Assembly (NCBI GenBank): GCA_034676685.1
Contig: JAUCBT010000006.1
Span: 6,983-70,982, forward strand
DNA length: 64,000 bases
Reading direction: 5' to 3'
Source: Xanthobacter sp.
Lineage (GTDB): Bacteria; Pseudomonadota; Alphaproteobacteria; Rhizobiales; Xanthobacteraceae
The translations under genes were made by a program, and so were the position numbers. Positions 58,509 to 64,000 of this stretch are shown here, in pieces. The notes under the pieces are model-generated. The model saw only the letters and a program-made list of their open reading frames with translations, did no database searches and was not told the origin of the DNA. Every line of letters begins with the position of its first letter. Positions within the stretch are counted from its first letter, which is position 1.

Positions 58509-59789
58509 TCAGCCCTGACGATTGGCCTCTATATGACCGGCCAGATAGTCCGCATCGTGCCACACGCCCCAGATGAAGGGGGAAGCCCGACGCGCCAGCC
58601 ATGCCAGACCGAGGAAATACAGACCCGGTTCCTGCGAGACACCGCGATGATGTTCGGGACGGCCCCGGTCATCATAGGTGCCGGCCTTCAGCCAGCTGAA
58701 ATCCAGAGCATAACCGGTGGCCCACACGATGGAGGTCACACCGGCCTTTGCCAGATCCAGTTCCAGCAGCGGATTGGTCACGCACTCCGGATCAGGACCG
58801 ATCACATGCGCCTCGGGCTCGGGGGGCAGATCAAGGCCGTTCTTCTCGATATAGGCATCGGCTGCCCGCAGCAGGGAGAGATAGTTGTTGTCACCCAGCG
58901 CGATGTTTTTGGCGAGATCAGGCGAGAAGCTCACCACGCCATCCTTGTAGGCTCCAGTCAGGCCGACAAGGGTCATGCCCTGAGCCGCAAGGTTGCGGAA
59001 GTCCACCGTGTAACCGCCATTCGCACCGCTCACCGAAATGGTGACATGCTCCATGCCGGGTTCGATGGCTTCGGCGTTCCACAGGCCGAGCGCGCCCAGC
59101 CACCACACGAAATCACGGCCGCGATAGCGACGGGGCGGACGGTCATGCGGGCCCACGGAGAGATAGACGGTGCGACCCGCCTTCATCAGTTCTTCAGCAA
59201 TCTGCACGCCGGAAGAACCAGCGCCCACCACCAGCACCGCGCCTTCCGGCAACTGGGCCGGGTTGCGGTATGTGTTGGAGTGGATCTGGGTGATGCCGAC
59301 ATCATTCGGCACAACGGTCGGGATGATCGGGCGCTGGAAGGGACCGGTCGCGGCCACAACATTGCGCGCCTCGATCTCACCCTGCGAGGTTTCGACCCGG
59401 AAACCGGAGCCATCCGCCTTCTTCTCGACAGACGTCACCTCGACCCCACAGCGGATGGGGGAGGAAATCTGCTTCGTATAGGCCTCGAAATAGTCGACAA
59501 TATTCTGGCGCGGTGCGAAGGCATCCTCGTCAAGACCGGGAAAGGTCATGTTCGGAAAACGGTCATGCCAAGCAGGACCGTTGGCCACCAGCGAATCCCA
59601 CCGTTCCGAACGCCAGCGCTCGGCAATGCGATTGCGCTCCAGCACGAGGTGAGACAGACCCCGCTTGCCGAGATGCTCACTCATGGCGATACCGGCCTGC
59701 CCGCCGCCAATGACCAGCGTGTCCACTTTTTCAACTGCCATCTCGGCGTCCTTGTCCATTTCGGGCTGAGGTTCGGCCAGTCCGGCCAT
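58509..59789 (-). CDS. FAD/NAD(P)-binding flavin-containing monooxygenase-like oxidoreductase (CzcO-like)
   Basis: DTLVIGGGQAGIAMS and a second dinucleotide fold VLVVGAGSSGVQIA. The start is uncertain: ATG 59789, 59759 or 59741. Confidence 0.7.
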   Translation of the reverse strand: MAGLAEPQPEMDKDAEMAVEKVDTLVIGGGQAGIAMSEHLGKRGLSHLVLERNRIAERWRSERWDSLVANGPAWHDRFPNMTFPGLDEDAFAPRQNIVDYFEAYTKQISSPIRCGVEVTSVEKKADGSGFRVETSQGEIEARNVVAATGPFQRPIIPTVVPNDVGITQIHSNTYRNPAQLPEGAVLVVGAGSSGVQIAEELMKAGRTVYLSVGPHDRPPRRYRGRDFVWWLGALGLWNAEAIEPGMEHVTISVSGANGGYTVDFRNLAAQGMTLVGLTGAYKDGVVSFSPDLAKNIALGDNNYLSLLRAADAYIEKNGLDLPPEPEAHVIGPDPECVTNPLLELDLAKAGVTSIVWATGYALDFSWLKAGTYDDRGRPEHHRGVSQEPGLYFLGLAWLARRASPFIWGVWHDADYLAGHIEANRQG

Positions 59790-60010
59790 AGTCTTTTGAA
59801 ATGCTATGAGAGGTCATATCCGGTCGAAATAAGTGTTTCGTTCAGCCTTGATTAGGTCTTGCCGAAGAGATGAGGCGGGCACAAGAAAGCCCTTCCGGGT
59901 TACTGATGAACCCGGGTCATTCCAATCAAGATTTTTGTTCTTCGTGAAGGTTCAGAAGAAAAAACCGGACGCCGCGCAACCAACACTCCTGGAGAGAATG
60001 CACATGCCTC

Positions 60011-61177
60011 TCAGTCCAGCCCCCTCTCCAGTTCCGCAACAAGGCGTGCCAGCATCGCATCACATTGCGCAAGCTGGCTGGCGCTCACAAACTCATCGGG
60101 CTTATGCCCCTGGTCCATATGACCGGGACCGCATATGGCGGTTGAAAGGCCCAGTTCCTGATCGAACAGCCCGCCTTCTGTCCCGAAAGCCACTTTCAGG
60201 GTCGGCTCATTCGTACCCAGCATGCGCTGAAGCAGCCGCACCGCTAGCGCATCCGGCCGGGTATTGAGGCCCGGATAGCCGGAAACGCTCTCGATCTCGA
60301 TCCGCGCCTGCGGGAAGCGATCGCGATAGGGCTCGGCTATCGCCTCCGCATCCGCCTCAATGCCAGCCAGAATGGTCTGAGGATCATCCTCGGCGATGTT
60401 GCGGATCTCGAAATCGATCGCGCACAGGTTCGGCACAATGTTGAGCGCCGTGCCCCCATGCATCACCCCCGCATGGATGGTGGAATAGGGAATATCGTAG
60501 TCCAGATCCCGTGCGCCATCGGCACTCAGGCTTTGCTGCCGCTTTTCCAATGCCTGTATGAAACCAGCCCCCAGATGGAGAGCATTCAGCGCATTGGGCG
60601 CAAGGGCGGAATGGCCTTCCTGCCCGTGACAGCAGGCGCGGAGCGCCAGTTTGCCCTTGTGGCCATTGGCGATGCGCATCCCTGTCGGCTCGCCAATGAT
60701 GCACAGGGCCGGACGATCCGCCCTGCCCGCAAGTGCCTCGATCATACCGCGCACGCCGAGGCAGCCGATTTCCTCATCATAGGACAAAGCCAGATGGAGG
60801 GGAGACTTCAGCGTCCTCTGCCCTGCCAAAAGCGCCGCACGGAGAGCTGCGGCGACAAAACCCTTCATGTCTGCCGTGCCGCGCCCGTAATAGAGGCCAT
60901 CCCGCTCGGTCAGGATGAAGGGGTCTGTGCTCCACGCCTGCCCATCCACCGGCACCACGTCCGTATGGCCGGAGAGCACGACCCCACCACCGCCCTCAGG
61001 GCCGATGGTGGCCCATAGATTGGCCCGGTTTCCTTCCGGATGGACAAAGCGCTCAGTCCGCGCTCCGGCCATGCGCAACAGGTCTTCGGCATAATCCAGA
61101 AGGGCCAGGTTTGAGCGACGCGAGACGGTCGGTTCCGCGATGAGACGGGCGAGGATATCGGTCGTGGCGGGAATCAT
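60011..61177 (-). CDS. M20-family deacylase (acetylornithine deacetylase ArgE-like)
   Basis: ILARLIAEPTVSRRSNLALLDYAEDLL, LSGHTDVVP, GRGTADMKG and SYDEEIG. ATG 61177 is preferred because the tracked ORF starts at a GTG inside the upstream gene. Confidence 0.8.
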   Translation of the reverse strand: MIPATTDILARLIAEPTVSRRSNLALLDYAEDLLRMAGARTERFVHPEGNRANLWATIGPEGGGGVVLSGHTDVVPVDGQAWSTDPFILTERDGLYYGRGTADMKGFVAAALRAALLAGQRTLKSPLHLALSYDEEIGCLGVRGMIEALAGRADRPALCIIGEPTGMRIANGHKGKLALRACCHGQEGHSALAPNALNALHLGAGFIQALEKRQQSLSADGARDLDYDIPYSTIHAGVMHGGTALNIVPNLCAIDFEIRNIAEDDPQTILAGIEADAEAIAEPYRDRFPQARIEIESVSGYPGLNTRPDALAVRLLQRMLGTNEPTLKVAFGTEGGLFDQELGLSTAICGPGHMDQGHKPDEFVSASQLAQCDAMLARLVAELERGLD

Positions 61178-61233
61178 GGCCTGTCCAATACGGGATTCAG
61201 GAGGAAAGGGAGGGGGCATTGCCCCCTCCCTAG

Positions 61234-61911
61234 TCACAGGTCGCCAGGAACCCCATAGCTCGGGGCACCAGCCGGGGTCAGCGCCCGTGTGACATACGCG
61301 TCCATTTCGGTGCGCCAGCGCTCCCAGAGCGCCGCGCATTCCTCGATCGGATCTCCTTCGGTCCAGTCGATGCGCAGATCCGCGACATTCCACGAGACCT
61401 TGTCCACGAGCAGCATGCCCATGGAATGGACCGGACCTTCTTCGCCACCAGCCGCGATGGCAGCACGCATGCCCGCGATCAGCCGGTCCCCCAGATGCTG
61501 GCCCTTCGAAGCCTCGAAGGTGGCCACCATCTGACGGGTCACGCCTGTCGAGGTCAGCATATTGCCGGCCGCCACTACATTATCGCCCTGAGCCACGCCG
61601 TAGGTCCCGAGGGTTCTGGCCCCCGAATAGGCGGCCGTGCGCCCCTGCGCATCCACCAGAGCGAGCTGGCGGTATTCGATATGCGGCGCTTGCGAGACAA
61701 GACGCTCCAGCGCCGCCTCAGCGGAAAGGCCCTGCGCCATCAGGTCCAGCCCCTGAGGGCCAAGACGCGGGTCCGTCACATTCTGTGTCGCGACCACGCC
61801 GACCCCGGCCCGGGCATGGGCGCAGCGTGCAGCCACACAGGGCGACGAGGAAGACAGCGCAATGCCGAACATGCCGGTTTCAGCGCAGCGGCCCGAAATG
61901 GAGAAGGTCAT
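61234..61911 (-). CDS. DUF1028-family protein (Ntn-hydrolase-like fold)
   Basis: The MTFSISGRCAETGMFGIALSSSSPCVAARCAHARAGVGVVATQN opening is typical of DUF1028. Confidence 0.75.
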   Translation of the reverse strand: MTFSISGRCAETGMFGIALSSSSPCVAARCAHARAGVGVVATQNVTDPRLGPQGLDLMAQGLSAEAALERLVSQAPHIEYRQLALVDAQGRTAAYSGARTLGTYGVAQGDNVVAAGNMLTSTGVTRQMVATFEASKGQHLGDRLIAGMRAAIAAGGEEGPVHSMGMLLVDKVSWNVADLRIDWTEGDPIEECAALWERWRTEMDAYVTRALTPAGAPSYGVPGDL

Positions 61912-61923
61912 CTCGCCCTCGCC

Positions 61924-62346
61924 TCAGGCTTCGTCGGGAATGACGGCGGTGGCTTCGATTTCCACCAGCCACTCGGGGCGCGCCAGCGCGGAGACCACCA
62001 GACCAGTGGAGACAGGGAACACGCCGTCGAGATACTTGCCCATTTCCTGATAGACAGCCTCGCGATAGCGAATGTCGATCAGATACACGACCACCCGGCA
62101 GATGTGGGAGAGATCGGAACCGGCCTCTTCCAGAAGCATCTTGATGTTGTCCATGGCCTTGCGCGCCTGGGCAGCAGCATCGCCGACATGCAGGCTCTCA
62201 CGGGTGTCGAGATCCTGCGAGATCTGCCCGCGCACGAACACCATGGAGCCGCGCGCCACAACCGCCTGACACAGGTCGTTGTTCAGCTTCTGCTCCGGAT
62301 AAGTCTGCTTGGTGTTGAACGGACGAATGCGGGTATGGACGGGCAT
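61924..62346 (-). CDS. RidA/YjgF-family (reactive enamine/imine deaminase-like) protein
   Basis: VFVRGQISQD...VVVYLIDIRY...EIEATAV pattern. ATG 62346 has AAGGAAG upstream. Confidence 0.75.
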   Translation of the reverse strand: MPVHTRIRPFNTKQTYPEQKLNNDLCQAVVARGSMVFVRGQISQDLDTRESLHVGDAAAQARKAMDNIKMLLEEAGSDLSHICRVVVYLIDIRYREAVYQEMGKYLDGVFPVSTGLVVSALARPEWLVEIEATAVIPDEA

Positions 62347-62425
62347 GGGGGCTTCCTTGATGCGCACAGCGCGCGGATAAACGCACCCCCGCACAAGGCG
62401 GGGGCACAAAGTCACTTATTCAGGG

Positions 62426-63566
62426 TCACTTGGACTCGTAGGCGGTCCACTTGCCGTCACGCACCGTCTTCAGCTCGATCTTGATCGGGGTTTCCGTCTG
62501 ACCGTTCTTGTCGAAGGTGATGGTTCCGGTAGCGCCGTCATGCTTGATGGCACGGATGGCGGAGGCAAGTTCAGACTTGTCCTTCACGCCCTTGTCGTTG
62601 ATGGCCTGGATGATGACATTGGTCGCATCGAAGGCATACTTCGTGTAGGGGCTTGCCGGCTCCGCGAACTTGCGGGCGGCATAATCGGCGTTCATCTTTT
62701 CCATCTTCGGCGTCACGGATGCAGCCGGATAGGAAACGATGGCGTTCTGCAGCCGCCTCACCCGCCACGGAGATGAACTCCGGGTCATACATGCCGGAAA
62801 TGCCCAGCATCGGCTTGTCGAGGCCGAGTTCCTTCATCTGGCGCGCGACAATGCCGGCCTCGGTGATGACACCGCCGAAATAGATCGCATCCACATTCTT
62901 GGACTTGAGCGAGGTCAGAATGGTACGGAAATCGGTGGAGCCCACCGGCAGCAGGTCGGTGGAGACAATCTCACCGCCCGCCTCGGTCACGAACTGCTTG
63001 ACCGACTCCGCGTTCGCCTTACCGTAATCGGAGGTGTCGGCGATGATCGCAATGCGCTTTGCGCCCAGATCCTTCACCGCCCATTCCGAAAGCGGCTTGT
63101 TCTCGGTCAGCAGGGTCGGCGTGACGCGGGTGACTTCCGGCAGGTTCTGCGCGGTGATGGCAGGGGAAATCGCACCCCACACGATCAGCGGAGTTTGGAA
63201 GCGAGCGAAAACCGGCATGGTCGCCAGTGCGACGGGGGAGTTCCAGTGCCCGGTCGCCGCGGCCACGTTCGGGTCATTGACCAGCTTCATCGCGGCAGAC
63301 ACGCCGGTCTGCGGATCGGAGGCGTCATCCAGAACGACGCCTTCAAACTCATATTTGGAATCGGGATTGGCGTTGGCCTGCTCGATGGCCAGCAGGAAAC
63401 CGTTCTTGGCGCCAAGGCCCTGCTGGGCGTTACCGCCGGAGAGGGGGCCAAGGAAACCGAGCTTCACCTTGGTCTTCTCGGCATACGCCGGAGCAGAAAA
63501 GGCGAAAGCTGAAAGCAGAAGCCCCGCAATGGCGGTGCGGCGGCTGGTGCGAAAATGAGCCATCAA
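62426..63566 (-). pseudogene. Liv-type periplasmic binding protein interrupted by a frameshift near 62747-62758
   Basis: N-terminal ORF 62571..63566 has a signal peptide and KVKLGFLGPLSGGNAQQG... It loses similarity after ...FISVAGEAA. C-terminal ORF 62426..62788 continues in another frame with ...NAIVSYPAASVTPKMEKMNADYAARKF... Confidence 0.65.
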
Positions 63567-63675
63567 TGTCCCTCGTCATGAGAACGTGCGCGCGTGAGCG
63601 CGCGATGCGGGCAGAACCTCTCTGACATTTTATGGATGCATGGCCCCTAAGGGGCTCCAGACTTCGCACACCGCC

Positions 63676-63695
63676 CTGATTTTCAGAAAAATCAG
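63676..63695. promoter_or_regulatory. Palindromic operator-like element in the divergent promoter region
   Basis: CTGATTTT-caga-AAAATCAG, with perfect 8-bp arms, between the binding-protein gene and a LivH-like gene. Confidence 0.3.
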
Positions 63696-63895
63696 ACCCG
63701 GACACACGCACGCCTGCGCACTCTTTTTATTGTCAGCAACAGTATCATTGCGACGCACAGGACTTGAGAATTCGTTTTTGCTGAACCGGCGTTTCGGAAA
63801 AGGCTATGCTCGAGCGGCCTGTTTCTAATTTACACTTCCGGCTTCATTACGCAACTTCCCGTCAAGAAGAGCCGAGATCAGCAGGGTGGAAAGAT

Positions 63896-64000
63896 ATGGA
63901 TAGCCTTCTCGTTCAACACCTTATGAACTGGATTGTGCTAGGCAGTATATACACTCTGATAGCAATCGGCTTCAGTCTCTTGTTCGGGCTGCTCAATGTC
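63896..64000 (+). CDS. Liv-type ABC permease (LivH-like), 5' fragment running off the window
   Basis: My translation from ATG 63896 reads MDSLLVQHLMNWIVLGSIYTLIAIGFSLLFGLLNV, the canonical LivH N-terminus. It is truncated by the window end. Confidence 0.6.
   Translation, partial: MDSLLVQHLMNWIVLGSIYTLIAIGFSLLFGLLNV

Noticed and set aside
55479-62484. Long ORFs 55479..56546 (+), 58464..59855 (+) and 61426..62484 (+)
   Set aside because: They are antisense shadows of murJ, the flavin monooxygenase and the DUF1028/RidA genes respectively. Their translations are Arg/His/Gly-rich with no domain-like segments.

Overview
GC-rich, densely coding chromosomal segment that looks alphaproteobacterial. 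I saw no rRNA, tRNA, CRISPR array, transposase or integrase. All family assignments come from reading motifs in the ORF-track translations; no searches were run.

Left to right:
1. 1-6.7 kb: iron-siderophore uptake locus. It holds a truncated binding protein, a SIP/ViuB reductase, a FepC-like ATPase, an NtaA/EmoA-type flavin monooxygenase and a TonB-dependent receptor with a Fur-like box.
2. 7-15 kb: IclR regulator plus an ECF sigma-E/ChrR module. It has three identical TGATCC-N16-CGTA promoter-like motifs in front of rpoE-chrR-hydrolase-DUF1295, DUF2177, and an FAD-oxidoreductase/DUF1365/CFA-synthase-like operon.
3. 15-33 kb: CoA-linked catabolic supercluster. It contains an acyl-CoA ligase, a crotonase-fold protein lacking both catalytic Glu, a Liv-type ABC importer and a tandem HxlR regulator. 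It also has a coxM-coxS-lactonase-coxL type molybdenum hydroxylase operon, a membrane-anchored CoxG, an SDR lacking Tyr/Lys, an Fe-ADH, a thioesterase and GabD.
4. 33-47.7 kb: a 13-gene Calvin-cycle super-operon (cbbF-P-T-G-K-A-L-S-X-E-Y-Z-pyk, red-type form IC RuBisCO) with divergent cbbR.
5. 47.7-54.4 kb: formate module. It contains a LysR regulator, NAD-formate dehydrogenase, an HPP membrane protein and an oxalate/formate-family MFS, ending in an unusual single-polypeptide Ser/Thr kinase-PP2C phosphatase fusion.
6. 54.8-64 kb: murJ, scoAB, a flavin monooxygenase, and an M20/DUF1028/RidA/binding-protein cluster.

Two genes look frameshifted: the DUF1295 gene and a Liv-type binding protein. 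The strongest candidate for something undescribed is the kinase-PP2C fusion sitting between the formate and CBB modules. Next is the lactonase-containing molybdenum hydroxylase operon with its degenerate crotonase and SDR partners.
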